From a virus, in the IMG/VR virus record IMGVR_UViG_3300034072_001093, positions 11,062 through 75,061 of that record: 64,000 nt of DNA; one strand, written 5' to 3'. Numbering within the stretch: position 1 is the stretch's first letter; each line of letters opens with the position of its first letter. The notes beneath the pieces are model-generated. The model did no database searches. It saw only the letters and a list, made by a program, of their open reading frames with translations, and was not told the DNA's origin. Below, in pieces: positions 9,982-20,806 of this stretch. A program made the translations under genes and the position numbers.

Positions 9982-12900
9982 ATGACCAATCCGACCGATT
10001 TGATGAACCAGTACCTCGAAATTTACGGGGTACGCCCCCAAACGGTCAGAGGCATCAAACAATCACAGGTCGCTCGATCGTCTGCCCAGAAGCAGCAGGA
10101 ACTCGCACAGATCAGCTCGCCTGAGGGCGCCTACGACGAGTTCGCTGGCGACATGGCGGACACCGGTGGAGCCAGTGCCAACGAGACCCAGCAGGATTTC
10201 CGCAACCTGTCGCCGGGTGAACTCGAAGCGAAGTACGGCAACCAGGCTGGCAGCATCATCTCAGCCCGCGTTGACGCTGGTGCTCGTTACCGGGCACCTC
10301 AGGTTATGCGTCGTTCGGCTGGGGAGATCGCCTCGGATCTGGGTCTGGCTGTGGCCAAGGGTGGTGCTGGTCTCCTCGGCCTCGGAGCTCTGGGCGTCAA
10401 TCTGGGAGCCAAGGCCGTCGGTGCTGATGATGCGGCTGCAATCGGCCTTCGTGCTGCACAGTTCTCGCAGTCTGTGAATGACTTCCTCACCAGCAAGCAG
10501 ACCGATGCTCTGCAGGGCGAGAAAGAGAACACCGAGGCAGAGATCCGTCAGGCCAAGCGTGACACCGACCAGCTCTACGAGCAGGAACGCCAATCCGGCG
10601 AAGGTGGAGCCAAGGTCAACCAGATCCTGCGTGAGTTCCGCGATGTCGGTGCTCGTGTTCTCGCCAATCCGACTGTCCTTGGTGATGCTGTCGCCGAGGG
10701 TGTCGGCTCGATGGCTGGTGCTGGTGTGCTGGCCCGAGGTGCTGCCAAGCTTGCTGGTGCTGTGTCCTCCCGTGTGGCTCCCGGTTTCCAGCTCTCCGAA
10801 AAGGCAGCTTCTCGTCTCGCCACTGCTAACATGGCAGCTTCGATCGGCGCACAGGAAGGCGGCAGTGCATTTCAGGGAACGACCCTGGAAGCATACGAAA
10901 TCCTGAACGAGCGCTACCCCGACATGTCGGAAAAGCAGAAAGCTGAGCTGGCAACCCAGGCCGGTGAGTTGGCTGCTGCCACCCAGACTCCGATCGCAGC
11001 GGTGACCGGTCTGCTGGTGGCTCGATTTGAAATGAATCCGCTGAAGGCCCCTGCCCTTGCCTTCGGAACGAACACCGTCAAGGAGACAATTGAGGAAGGC
11101 GTTCAGGGAGCAACCGGAACCCTGGCTCAGAACTATGCACTGGGCCAGGCTGTCGATCGTGATCGGGATCTGTTCGAAGGCGTCGGCGATGCTGCTGCCC
11201 GTGGAATGATCGCAGGTTTCGGCACCGGTGCTGTGGTCGGCTCTCCCAGCCTTGCAGCAGGAACCGCCGCTGGTGCAGCCAAGGCCGGTGTGAGCGCTGC
11301 TTCCACTGGAGCTATGGCGGTCGCCAGCAAGACCATGCGTGGTGTCAACGCAGCTGTCTCCAAGGTCGAAGGGACTTCGTTCTACCAGGCCATCAAAGAG
11401 CGTGCTCAGAAGATCATCGAGGAGGAAGAGAACGCCTCTCCATCTTCGGCTGAGAACACCAAGAGCATGCTCTCCGGTGCGATCGAGACTGTCCGTTCGA
11501 TGGGCGAGCGGGTTGTGGAGACTCTGCGCTCTGAAGGTGCACCTGACCAGGCCGTCGACGATGTGATGGAACTGGCCAAGACCGCCTCGTTCGATATTGC
11601 CGAGATCGACGAGACTGCTCCTGAACTGGTTCGAACTGCTGTCGCAGGATCAACCAATCGCTTCGAAGCGATGGAGGCTCTGGCCCAGGTGGTAAACCAG
11701 GCAGAGGAAGGCAGTGCCGACCAGATCACGGCTGCCCGGTATCTCGCCGACATGAAGTCGCAGGTCGAAGGTCTGACCCAGCACAAGCCCATGGAAAGCC
11801 TGGACGAGATCACTCCAGAGAGTGAGATCGATACCACTGTCCGCGGTCTGGAAGCAGGTCTGGTCAACCTTCTCGATAACCCCGGCATCAAGCGTGCGTA
11901 TGAGTTGGCAAAGACGGCTTTGGGTGCTGCTGTCGAAAAGGGTGCAGCGATCCTTCGTGCCAACGAAGATCCTACTACTCCCGAGAGCCAGGAGCGGATC
12001 AAGACTGCGCTGGCTGTTGCTGAGCATACCCCTGAAAAGTCGGACATCGAGACCAATGAGGTCCTGCTGAAGCATGCCGAGAATGGCACAATCCAGCTGA
12101 CCCCGGTGCAGCAGGCTCAGCTGCTCTCTGCATCTGCACTGGTTCAGGCGGAACGCCAGCTGCTCGCAGCCCAGGCAGAACAGGGCATCAAGACCAACGT
12201 CAACATGGTGACTGGTCAGGCTCTGACCGATATTCCCGATGCGATCGGTGGTGTGCGGCTGCCGTCCCTTGCCGGCCATGCTCGCCGGATCATCCAGGCC
12301 TACAAGGCCGGGTCGATCGACGTGGCCAAGGCTCACCTTCAGGAGTTGATGCAGTTCGCCCAGCATTTCCAGAACAAGGTGGCTGCAGCCAATGCCCACT
12401 TTGCCCGTGGTGGTCAGGGCAGAGGAGATCGCTTCATGGCTCTGTCGAGCCAGTATGAACCCGATGGCAGCCGCAAGATGGTGGAATCGAGCAAGCCGTT
12501 CGACGTTCGGCCGTGGAACCCTGCTTCGGTCGGCCTGGCTCAAACTGTCGGTAAGGAAGCCGAGGTCATTGCCAGCGTGGCAAACCAGATCGCACAGGCA
12601 TTCCCGGATCTGGGAATTGCCCCCGTGGTTCCGGTTGCTCTGGATCCTGGTCTGAGCGGTCCCGTCGCTGAGGTGGTTGCACGCAATCCTCGTGGTGCTG
12701 CTGCTTCTAATGTCCCCCAGACACCGACCAATGTCCAACCCGTCCAGGCCCAGGCTCCTGTCGCCCAACAGCAGCAGCAGCAGGTCCAGCTTCAGGCTGA
12801 TGTCGAACAGGCACGGGCCAAGGGCGCAGTCGCTGCTGCCAGCAAGAAGGACACTGCTCCTCCTGCCGAGTATTCCACCGAGCAGAAGGTGGCCTGGTAC

Positions 12901-15900
12901 GAAGGCCGTGACGAAGCACGTCAGCTCGCTGCCCAGGAAGCAGCTGAGGCAGAGCTGGAAGCTCAGCCGGCTATCGAAGAAATCCCGGTGGTTGAGGAGC
13001 CAGTGACAGAAGCTGTCACCCCCGATCCTGAGACTGTCGTGGAAGAGGTCGTTGAACCCGAACCTGTGCAGGTCGAGGAATCGCCTCAGGAAGCCCAGGA
13101 GACCCCTGCTCCCGAGAGCCAACCCGTGGAGACCCAGGAAGCTGAAATCGTGCCTGACGAGGCTCCTGTGACCGCTGCTGAGGTCTCTGGCATCATTGCT
13201 GAAGCTCTGGATGCGAAGATCCCGGAAGCTGAGCCTGCGGTCGAACCTGCCGAGGTGGTCCCTGCCCCGTCGGTTGCCGAGCCTGCCGAGACGGTGAAGA
13301 CCCGCTTCCCCAAGCTGGTCGGCCATGCTGCAGGATCGAAGATCACCAACTGGTTCTCGAGGGCATTCGGCCTGAAGAAGGCGGAAACGATCAAGCTGTG
13401 GAGCTATGAGGGCAACCCGATCCGATCGGTGCTCGACATGCTCAACGGCAGCCTTGAGGATTATCTGGGCGACAACGCCCCTGAGGCGAACCTGACGCCC
13501 CAAGAGATCTCGATGTATGAGGCCTTCATCGAGAAGAACGCCAGTGGCATCATCCGATCGCTGAATGGCCGGATCCAGAAGTTCCTCGATGCGCCTCACT
13601 CGCAGAAAGAAACCGCTCCCCGCAAGAGCTTCTGGCGGCAGGGCAAGAAGCCCTACAACGAATACGTGACGGGCCGCATCCTCAACCTGGTCGAGGAGAA
13701 CGACGGTAAGTTCACTCTGAACCGTGAGCTTGTTGGCATGGGTGTGCTGGCTGCTCTGCAGTGGATCCAGCAGACGAACAACTACGGCAAGCGCAAAGAG
13801 GGCCGTGACGTTCCCGGTCTGTTGGGCATGTCGAGCCAGGAAGCCAATTCCAGGCCCGAGCTCGATGGCACCAGGGAAGCGATTGCACGGGAGTTCAACC
13901 TCGGCATCACTCGTGTCGAGGCTTCCCGTTCACTGGCCCAGATGATCCGCAAATACTGGGGTCTGGACACCCGCAAGGATGCGCCGAAGGCTTATACTGA
14001 CGGCATCGCCGAAGCGCTGGCCAAGGAGATCATCGATACGATGGTCGATGGCGGTCTGCTGGTGCGTGAGTTCCCGCTCAACAAGGTGATCCCTAGCAGC
14101 AAGACTGCCAAGGAACGGACGGTAGAGATCTACTATCCGGCTGAGAATGTGCTGCCGGAGACGGGCATTCCCGATTTGATCGAGCGCATGGTCATGCGGA
14201 AGCCTGACACGGTGAACTTCGTCGGCACTCCGCCGAAGAACATCGCACAGACCCAGGTCAACAACTCGAAGGCGAAGCTCACCAGGGAGCAGAAGGCCGC
14301 CATTCGTGCTCGTCAGGCTGTGCCCTTCTTCGTGAACACCAGCATGCTGGAGTTCTATCGGAACGCAGGTGACCTGCTGAACACGCTGTTCGGTGGTGGT
14401 CGTATCGACGGTCTGCCGATCAATGCAGAGCATCGCCGGACCTTGGAAGGGCGTAACCGGACAGTGCAGCTCGGCATGCAGCAGATCGAGAAGCTCGCCC
14501 GTGAAATGCAGGCATATGCCGAAGCCAAGGGCATTCCGATCGAGGAAGTCCCGGCGCATTTCGAATACAGCTTCAACTCGATGAACCGTGAGCAGATGCT
14601 TGGTGGCACCACGCCGCAGAACAACAAGCTGATGCGTGAGGTCTTCCTGCCCACCACATCGACGAGCGATCTGTCGGACGTGTCGAGCAAGGCTTATCGG
14701 GGCTTCATGCTGGCCATGGCTCAGCACATCGGCATAAAGCTGGAGCGTCAGTCGAGCCAGGACAGCATCGACCAGGCCAAGAGTGATCTCGAGAGCAAGT
14801 ATGCTCGCTCGATCGCAGGCCTGAAAGTCTGGCTGCAGAACAAGGGACCGATCTCGGAAGAGCTGGTTCAGACACTGCAGAGCGAGCTGGGCGGAAAGCT
14901 CAACCCGGCTGCCGTGCATGCTCTGATGGAATATGCCCGGTTCGACGCAATGAGCCAGGAAGAACGCAAGAGCTTCAGCACCTCGCTGTATCTCGAAGCC
15001 GATGGTGTGACCAACGGCCCGATCAACGCTCTGATGCTGTTCAATCCTGGTTCGTTCACGGCAGACTGGATTGCCGATGTTCGTCGTGGTGGTGTGCTGT
15101 TCGACGGTGCAGCCTCGATGAACGAAGCCTATGGCAGCAATGGGGGTGACCTCTATGCCCGAGCCAGCAAGAAGCTGACCCAGCTGCTGAAGAGCGTGCT
15201 GCCCGAGACGGAAGTCGAGCGCAAAGAGCTGGAAGGCCTGCTGGCGTTCATGGATCTCTTCATGGGCGATGACGTCACCTACACCCAATTCGAGGATGGC
15301 ACATTCGAGGTGTCCTTCGATCGTGGTGTGACGAAGAACCCGCTGACGATCACCCTCTATGGTTCAGGTGCCAACGGCATGGCCGACAAGCTGGCCACCG
15401 TGCTCGTGGATGCGATCCACGAGAAGATGACCGAGATGGCTCTGAGGGGCGATGCAAACCCCAACATCTCGGTGTCGGAAGCGCTGTTCCCCAACGATCC
15501 GAACCATGAGGTGAAGTTCGAGTATTTCGAGGGCCTGCTCAAGGACCTGACCGGTCTGAAGTTCAAGGACCCGATCAGCCTCTCGATCACGAGGGACGCC
15601 TATACCCGGCTCAAGAGCCGGATGGCGGAATACATCGTGCCTCAGCTGCAGGCTGCTATCACGGCAACCGTCGGCAAGACGGTGGTGGACACCCTGACCG
15701 ATGTCCGGATGGCCACACAGGTGCAGTCGATCGCCCTTCAGTATGCGTTTGCTGCCGAAGTGAAGAAGCGTCTGGAAGCCAAGGGAGCAAAGAGCTCGGA
15801 GTTCCTGTCGCAGCAAGAGCTCGATGAGATCTTCGACTCCCTGGCTCATCTGGTTCCGATCCTCTCCACCGGGGAGCAGAACTTCTACATCGCCAACTCG

Positions 15901-18900
15901 CAGCGTGCTGATGAGGACAGCAATCCGTTCTCGCAGCTGCTGTCGGGCAAGATGTCGACGCCCGCCTTCCTGGAGAACCCGGCAAACGCTGGTGTCCGGG
16001 GCATGCCTTCGCTCGTCATCGGTTCGGGCGATGGCATGATGATGCAGAACTTTGCTGGATCCAAGGCAGGTCCGGGCAAGACCCTGGGCGTGTTCGACGG
16101 TCTGAACATGCCGATCGACATGATCGAGGAATACAGCAAGCGGATCAACGCAGCTGTGGCCCAGGCCTGGCAGCGCAATCCCCTGCAGAGTGTGGCTGAC
16201 ACCTTCACGCAGTTCCTGCCGGCCTATTCTCTGAAGGGCAAGACCTACCAGGAAATCGGGGACATTCGCTATGCCCTGACTGGCGGCACAAACGCGAAGG
16301 AAACCCCCGTTGCCGAGCTGGAGCGTCTGCTCAAGGTCCTGAATGCTTCGCTTCAGCGGGGAGCCATGCAGATGGAAGCCCGCCAGAATGCTCTGGCCCA
16401 GGTGGACTTCCGTGTGGACCAGATGGCCGGTGCTGCATCGCCTCACGTTACCGGGGGCAAGATCTCGCTCGAAGGTATGAGCAACGAGCAGATCGAGCAG
16501 GTTCTCAACGATCTCTACAATCAGGAGCTGGCCAAGCTCGAAGAGCGGGCAGAGACCCTTGCCAAGGCCACCGTGCCTGAAGCCGTGATCGATCTTTCGA
16601 CCGAGCATCCTTCGGGTGCCCGTGTGGTCCTGCCCCAGGCTCTGAAGTCGTTGGTCGAGAAGCTGAGCGGCACAGGCTGGCAGCTGAATGTTCTCGGCGA
16701 TCAGGTCGCTTCGCTCATCGAGCAGGGCTACCAGATCGTGGCTGGATCGGATGCTCAGCTTCGTTCCTGGCTCAACCAGAATGGCATGAACCAGAGTGTG
16801 CTGGACAACCCCGGCGCCGAGACGGTCAATGGCGTCACCCTGCCCAACTCGAAGGTGATCCTGTTAGTCAACCCGACGGCCGAAACGATCGTCCACGAGA
16901 TGATCCATGCTGCCACCTACAACACGCTGGCTGCCCATTATGCTGGGCAGGATCTGGGTCCCCGTGCCGTGGAGAAGGTCCGTGCGATCGAGCGTCTCGA
17001 AGTACTGGCCAAGCAGTTCCTCTCGCTCGACCTGTCCCAGGCCAGCGAGCAGGTGCAGCGTGCCTATGTGAACGCACGCAATGCCATGAAGCAGGCCCTC
17101 GCCGAGGGCAACAAGGCTGCAGCTCTCAATGAGTTCATGGCCTGGGGTCTGGCGAACCAGGAGCTGGCAGAACAACTGGACAAGACCGAGGCGAATCCCC
17201 TGGTCCGAATGCTGCGTGACGTCATCGATGGCATCAAGCAGCTCATGTTCGGCAAGCGCCAGGTGCCGGTGCTGGGTGACATGCTCAGCAACCTGCGCTT
17301 CAACACGGCGATCCTCGCTGTGACCCAGAAGGATGCGTTCGATCTGTTCGACGAGACGGCACTCTACCACAGCGAAGCCTATGGAAAGTCGCCTCGCCTC
17401 AGCCGGATCAACGAGATCCTGCAGGACAAGGTGTTCAGCTACGTCCGTGGAATGATGGTCGACGAGGGTGAAGCTGCCCAGCAGAATGCACAGAACCAGG
17501 TGAGCAACCTTACTGTGCTGGCTGACCAGGCTCTGACTGGTGCCGTGGGTGCTGGCTTCTCGATGAACATGCAGGAGAAGAGCACCTTCCAGCTGGTAGT
17601 TAGCACCATGGCATCTGCCATCCAGCTCGACGGCAATGCGCTGTCGAAGGCTTCGGAGCTGTTCAACTATGTGACCAAGACGCTGAGCATCAGCGATTTC
17701 CTGGCCAATCCGAATGAGGAGAACACCACCGACAGCACGCTGGCCAACGAGAAATACAACTTCGTCCTGGGCAACTATGGGACGCAGTTCGACCAGCTCA
17801 ACCGGTCTTCGCTGCTGCCTGTGTTCATGGGCCTGGCTCTGACCAACGAGGAGTTCCGCAAGGTCCTGGCCAAGATGCCTCTTCCCGCGGATGTCCGGAA
17901 CACCGATGGCACTCTCGACAACCGGATCGAGAATGCCGGAAACAATGTGATGGACTGGCTCGGCCGCTACTTGTCGGGGCAGAAGCGCTCGGACAAGACG
18001 GTGGGTGCTGTCGTGGACAGCCTGACCGAGCAGGTGCTGAAGACCGCGGCAGAGCGCCAAAGCTTCATCTCTGTGGTGGCCGGCAAGGCTGGTGGAGTGG
18101 TCGATACCGTCAACGATTTCGTGGCGAGCTCGATCGAGTTCATGTCGGAGCGGGCATTCCTCGGTGGTCAGAAAATCGCCGAGAACGCCACCAACCGGTG
18201 GACCAAGGTCGCTGGTGAGGCCATCAGTGCCATGGGTGGCATCGCCAATCGGGACTATGCCAACAAGCTCGGGGAAAACTGGATCGAGAGCGTGTTTGCT
18301 GCTGACCTTCCCAAGCCGCTGACCGATCTGGTCAACGACATGATCGGCCGCACCGAGAGCAATGCCCCGATCTACGACATGATCAAGCGGGTTCGCAGCT
18401 GGGTGACCAAGAGCCGTCAGCATTACCGCGAGGATCTGCCGAAGATCATTGCCAAGCAGTTCTCGAGAGAGCTGAGCAAGCAGGAATGGGCCGATCTCCA
18501 CAAGGGCATCGGTCAGACTGACGTGGCCGCTCTTCGTATGCGGTTCACCATGGCCCAGATCCTGTCGATGCTGGCTGATCCTGGTGTCCTGGCTCAGGAG
18601 ATGAGCCGCCTCGAAGCCGATCTGAAAGCTGCTCATCCTCAGGACTTCAACACGCTGCAGCGCAAGTCGGTGCAGCTGGCCGAGTTCATGAACACGGGCA
18701 AGCCTGGCACAAATCTGCTTCGTAATGCCTTGGCGATCGCAGCTCTGCTGGGTGAGAACCGGACGACGAAATATGCTCCGACGGCAACCACCGAGCAGAT
18801 GGTCGATGCCCTGGTGTCGCTCTACGCCCTCCAGGGTCTGAACCAGGACACGAAGGACAGCCTGGCCAAGCTGGCTCAGGGCGAAGCCGACGGCCTGTCG

Positions 18901-20727
18901 TTCACCACGGAATACCTGGCAGCTCTGCGGAAGTTCGAGCTTCGCCGGGCAGTCGGGAACGCCAAGTTCAACCACTTCAAGGGGTATCTGCCGAACGCCA
19001 AGGATGGCGAGATGACGATCGTTGTCCGCAAGACCGACAACTATGCCGATCTGCGTCAGCAGAGCTTCAAGATGATCGGGGTCTACCATGGTTCGAACCT
19101 CGATCGCCGATCGGGAACCTCGGCCTATTTCATGGTGCCGGTGTCGACCCGTGCCAACTATCAGCAGGGCATCATGCAGACTGTCCAGCAGACGGTTGGT
19201 GGTGTGGATCTGATGACGGGCCTGAGCCATGATCGATCGGCTGCAGGTGCCATTGCAGAGCCCAAGACTGTGGCTCGGATCTGGCGCAACCGGCACCAGG
19301 AAAATGCTGTGGAGCCCCTGATCCCGATGTTCGACAAGGACGGCATGATCATGGGCTATGAGCGCAGCACCAATCCCGAGATCATGGGGCAGATGGGTCA
19401 GGAGAACCACCTGGCCAATGCGATGGGTCAATGGCGTGGGCGTCAGGTCGAAGAGCGTGAAGGTCGCTATGTGAACCAGACGCTGATCGAACGCATGCAC
19501 CAGATGTGGGAGAAGGCCAGCGCAGAGCAGCAGAAGACCCAGTTCGTCAACCTGTTCGATCCCAAGGTTCGCAAGGACGATCCTGTGCTGGAAGACATCT
19601 TCCAGAGCCTGCCCGGCTATGTGATCCAGGACATCGTGAAGGTCTTCGGCGAGCAGTTCATGATCCGCAAGGATCTGCTCAATGACTCGATGGGCTATCG
19701 TGATGCCTCTATCCGGGATGCCTGGACCGGCAACAGCCGTCTGGACCCCAAGATCCTGGAGATGATCAAGAACACCACGATCTCGGTGTTCGGCATGGAT
19801 GGGTATCGCAAGCTGGTGACGGCCGAGAAAACGATCCAGAACGTGATGACCGACCTTAGGGTGATCATCGTGGTCAAGTCGATGTTCGTGCCTGCTGCGA
19901 ACCTGACCTGGAACATCTACCAGCTCATGTCCCGTGGTGTTCCCATTGGTTCGATCGGCAAGGGCATGCCCCGCAAGGTCTCGGAGGTGAACGATTACCT
20001 CAAGCGCAAGAGCCGGGAGATCGAGGCCGAAGCCGAGCTTAAGGCAGTGGGAACCAATGTCCGTGCAGCTCTCAAGCTGGAAGCGGAGATCCAGGCACTC
20101 AAGGACAGCTACAAGTTCCTGAGCATCTGGCCTCTGATCGATGCCGGCGAGCTTAGTTCGATCTCTGACGGCATGCTTTCGCAGGACGATCTGAAGCTTA
20201 GCGAGGGCCGCATCAGCGAATATATCGATCGACTGGCTGACAAGCTGCCTGCTAGTGTGCGGACCATGGCCAAATACGGTCTGATTGCTCGGGACACGGC
20301 GCTGTTCAAGGGGCTGCAGAAGACGGTTGAATACGGGGACTTCCTGGCCAAGGCGATCCTCTACGAGGATCTGGTGGGCAGGCAAAAGAAAACGCCCGAA
20401 GCAGCACTGGCCATGATCAACGAGGAATACGTCAATTATGACCGGCTGCCCGGGCGTACCCGTGGTGCGGTGGAGCAACTCGGGTTGGCATGGTTCTGGA
20501 ACTTCAAGATCCGATCGACCAAGACGGCTCTGTCGATCGTGAGGAACAATCCGGTCCACGCACTGATTGCGATGAACCTGCCTGCTCCTGGCTTCCTGGG
20601 TGACGTGGGAAGCCCGCTGACGGACAATATGGTGGCTGTGACGGGTGACGGCAGGGCTGGCTTCTCTATCGGCCTTGAGATGGCCCTGAGGGCGCCTCAG
20701 CTGCATCCGCTGGGCAGCGTGCTGTGA
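9982..20727 (+). CDS. Virion-encapsidated RNA polymerase (N4 gp50-like vRNAP)
   Basis: 3581 aa with T7-family motifs YLEADGVTNGP (A), RGVTKNPLTITLYGSG (B) and VIGSGDG/VFDG (C region). No cysteine was seen on reading, as in N4 vRNAP. Confidence 0.97.
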   Translation: MTNPTDLMNQYLEIYGVRPQTVRGIKQSQVARSSAQKQQELAQISSPEGAYDEFAGDMADTGGASANETQQDFRNLSPGELEAKYGNQAGSIISARVDAGARYRAPQVMRRSAGEIASDLGLAVAKGGAGLLGLGALGVNLGAKAVGADDAAAIGLRAAQFSQSVNDFLTSKQTDALQGEKENTEAEIRQAKRDTDQLYEQERQSGEGGAKVNQILREFRDVGARVLANPTVLGDAVAEGVGSMAGAGVLARGAAKLAGAVSSRVAPGFQLSEKAASRLATANMAASIGAQEGGSAFQGTTLEAYEILNERYPDMSEKQKAELATQAGELAAATQTPIAAVTGLLVARFEMNPLKAPALAFGTNTVKETIEEGVQGATGTLAQNYALGQAVDRDRDLFEGVGDAAARGMIAGFGTGAVVGSPSLAAGTAAGAAKAGVSAASTGAMAVASKTMRGVNAAVSKVEGTSFYQAIKERAQKIIEEEENASPSSAENTKSMLSGAIETVRSMGERVVETLRSEGAPDQAVDDVMELAKTASFDIAEIDETAPELVRTAVAGSTNRFEAMEALAQVVNQAEEGSADQITAARYLADMKSQVEGLTQHKPMESLDEITPESEIDTTVRGLEAGLVNLLDNPGIKRAYELAKTALGAAVEKGAAILRANEDPTTPESQERIKTALAVAEHTPEKSDIETNEVLLKHAENGTIQLTPVQQAQLLSASALVQAERQLLAAQAEQGIKTNVNMVTGQALTDIPDAIGGVRLPSLAGHARRIIQAYKAGSIDVAKAHLQELMQFAQHFQNKVAAANAHFARGGQGRGDRFMALSSQYEPDGSRKMVESSKPFDVRPWNPASVGLAQTVGKEAEVIASVANQIAQAFPDLGIAPVVPVALDPGLSGPVAEVVARNPRGAAASNVPQTPTNVQPVQAQAPVAQQQQQQVQLQADVEQARAKGAVAAASKKDTAPPAEYSTEQKVAWYEGRDEARQLAAQEAAEAELEAQPAIEEIPVVEEPVTEAVTPDPETVVEEVVEPEPVQVEESPQEAQETPAPESQPVETQEAEIVPDEAPVTAAEVSGIIAEALDAKIPEAEPAVEPAEVVPAPSVAEPAETVKTRFPKLVGHAAGSKITNWFSRAFGLKKAETIKLWSYEGNPIRSVLDMLNGSLEDYLGDNAPEANLTPQEISMYEAFIEKNASGIIRSLNGRIQKFLDAPHSQKETAPRKSFWRQGKKPYNEYVTGRILNLVEENDGKFTLNRELVGMGVLAALQWIQQTNNYGKRKEGRDVPGLLGMSSQEANSRPELDGTREAIAREFNLGITRVEASRSLAQMIRKYWGLDTRKDAPKAYTDGIAEALAKEIIDTMVDGGLLVREFPLNKVIPSSKTAKERTVEIYYPAENVLPETGIPDLIERMVMRKPDTVNFVGTPPKNIAQTQVNNSKAKLTREQKAAIRARQAVPFFVNTSMLEFYRNAGDLLNTLFGGGRIDGLPINAEHRRTLEGRNRTVQLGMQQIEKLAREMQAYAEAKGIPIEEVPAHFEYSFNSMNREQMLGGTTPQNNKLMREVFLPTTSTSDLSDVSSKAYRGFMLAMAQHIGIKLERQSSQDSIDQAKSDLESKYARSIAGLKVWLQNKGPISEELVQTLQSELGGKLNPAAVHALMEYARFDAMSQEERKSFSTSLYLEADGVTNGPINALMLFNPGSFTADWIADVRRGGVLFDGAASMNEAYGSNGGDLYARASKKLTQLLKSVLPETEVERKELEGLLAFMDLFMGDDVTYTQFEDGTFEVSFDRGVTKNPLTITLYGSGANGMADKLATVLVDAIHEKMTEMALRGDANPNISVSEALFPNDPNHEVKFEYFEGLLKDLTGLKFKDPISLSITRDAYTRLKSRMAEYIVPQLQAAITATVGKTVVDTLTDVRMATQVQSIALQYAFAAEVKKRLEAKGAKSSEFLSQQELDEIFDSLAHLVPILSTGEQNFYIANSQRADEDSNPFSQLLSGKMSTPAFLENPANAGVRGMPSLVIGSGDGMMMQNFAGSKAGPGKTLGVFDGLNMPIDMIEEYSKRINAAVAQAWQRNPLQSVADTFTQFLPAYSLKGKTYQEIGDIRYALTGGTNAKETPVAELERLLKVLNASLQRGAMQMEARQNALAQVDFRVDQMAGAASPHVTGGKISLEGMSNEQIEQVLNDLYNQELAKLEERAETLAKATVPEAVIDLSTEHPSGARVVLPQALKSLVEKLSGTGWQLNVLGDQVASLIEQGYQIVAGSDAQLRSWLNQNGMNQSVLDNPGAETVNGVTLPNSKVILLVNPTAETIVHEMIHAATYNTLAAHYAGQDLGPRAVEKVRAIERLEVLAKQFLSLDLSQASEQVQRAYVNARNAMKQALAEGNKAAALNEFMAWGLANQELAEQLDKTEANPLVRMLRDVIDGIKQLMFGKRQVPVLGDMLSNLRFNTAILAVTQKDAFDLFDETALYHSEAYGKSPRLSRINEILQDKVFSYVRGMMVDEGEAAQQNAQNQVSNLTVLADQALTGAVGAGFSMNMQEKSTFQLVVSTMASAIQLDGNALSKASELFNYVTKTLSISDFLANPNEENTTDSTLANEKYNFVLGNYGTQFDQLNRSSLLPVFMGLALTNEEFRKVLAKMPLPADVRNTDGTLDNRIENAGNNVMDWLGRYLSGQKRSDKTVGAVVDSLTEQVLKTAAERQSFISVVAGKAGGVVDTVNDFVASSIEFMSERAFLGGQKIAENATNRWTKVAGEAISAMGGIANRDYANKLGENWIESVFAADLPKPLTDLVNDMIGRTESNAPIYDMIKRVRSWVTKSRQHYREDLPKIIAKQFSRELSKQEWADLHKGIGQTDVAALRMRFTMAQILSMLADPGVLAQEMSRLEADLKAAHPQDFNTLQRKSVQLAEFMNTGKPGTNLLRNALAIAALLGENRTTKYAPTATTEQMVDALVSLYALQGLNQDTKDSLAKLAQGEADGLSFTTEYLAALRKFELRRAVGNAKFNHFKGYLPNAKDGEMTIVVRKTDNYADLRQQSFKMIGVYHGSNLDRRSGTSAYFMVPVSTRANYQQGIMQTVQQTVGGVDLMTGLSHDRSAAGAIAEPKTVARIWRNRHQENAVEPLIPMFDKDGMIMGYERSTNPEIMGQMGQENHLANAMGQWRGRQVEEREGRYVNQTLIERMHQMWEKASAEQQKTQFVNLFDPKVRKDDPVLEDIFQSLPGYVIQDIVKVFGEQFMIRKDLLNDSMGYRDASIRDAWTGNSRLDPKILEMIKNTTISVFGMDGYRKLVTAEKTIQNVMTDLRVIIVVKSMFVPAANLTWNIYQLMSRGVPIGSIGKGMPRKVSEVNDYLKRKSREIEAEAELKAVGTNVRAALKLEAEIQALKDSYKFLSIWPLIDAGELSSISDGMLSQDDLKLSEGRISEYIDRLADKLPASVRTMAKYGLIARDTALFKGLQKTVEYGDFLAKAILYEDLVGRQKKTPEAALAMINEEYVNYDRLPGRTRGAVEQLGLAWFWNFKIRSTKTALSIVRNNPVHALIAMNLPAPGFLGDVGSPLTDNMVAVTGDGRAGFSIGLEMALRAPQLHPLGSVL

Positions 20728-20736
20728 TCAAAGGAA

Positions 20737-20773
20737 TGTGGGGGACCGGGGTCGCACTTTCGGTCCCCCACAC
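20737..20773. terminator. Bidirectional terminator between convergent late and middle genes
   Basis: GGGGACCG...CGGTCCCC inverted repeat between vRNAP and the 20807 ORF. Confidence 0.6.
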
Positions 20774-20806
20774 CCTGGCTCCTCGTGGGGGTTCAGGAGC
20801 CAGAGG

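Noticed and set aside
16864-20706. 1280-aa minus-strand ORF and other long antisense ORFs (811-2907, 11650-13599, 35334-37064, 60385-62250)
   Set aside because: Shadow frames opposite recognisable genes, caused by GC3-rich codon bias. No motifs or RBS.
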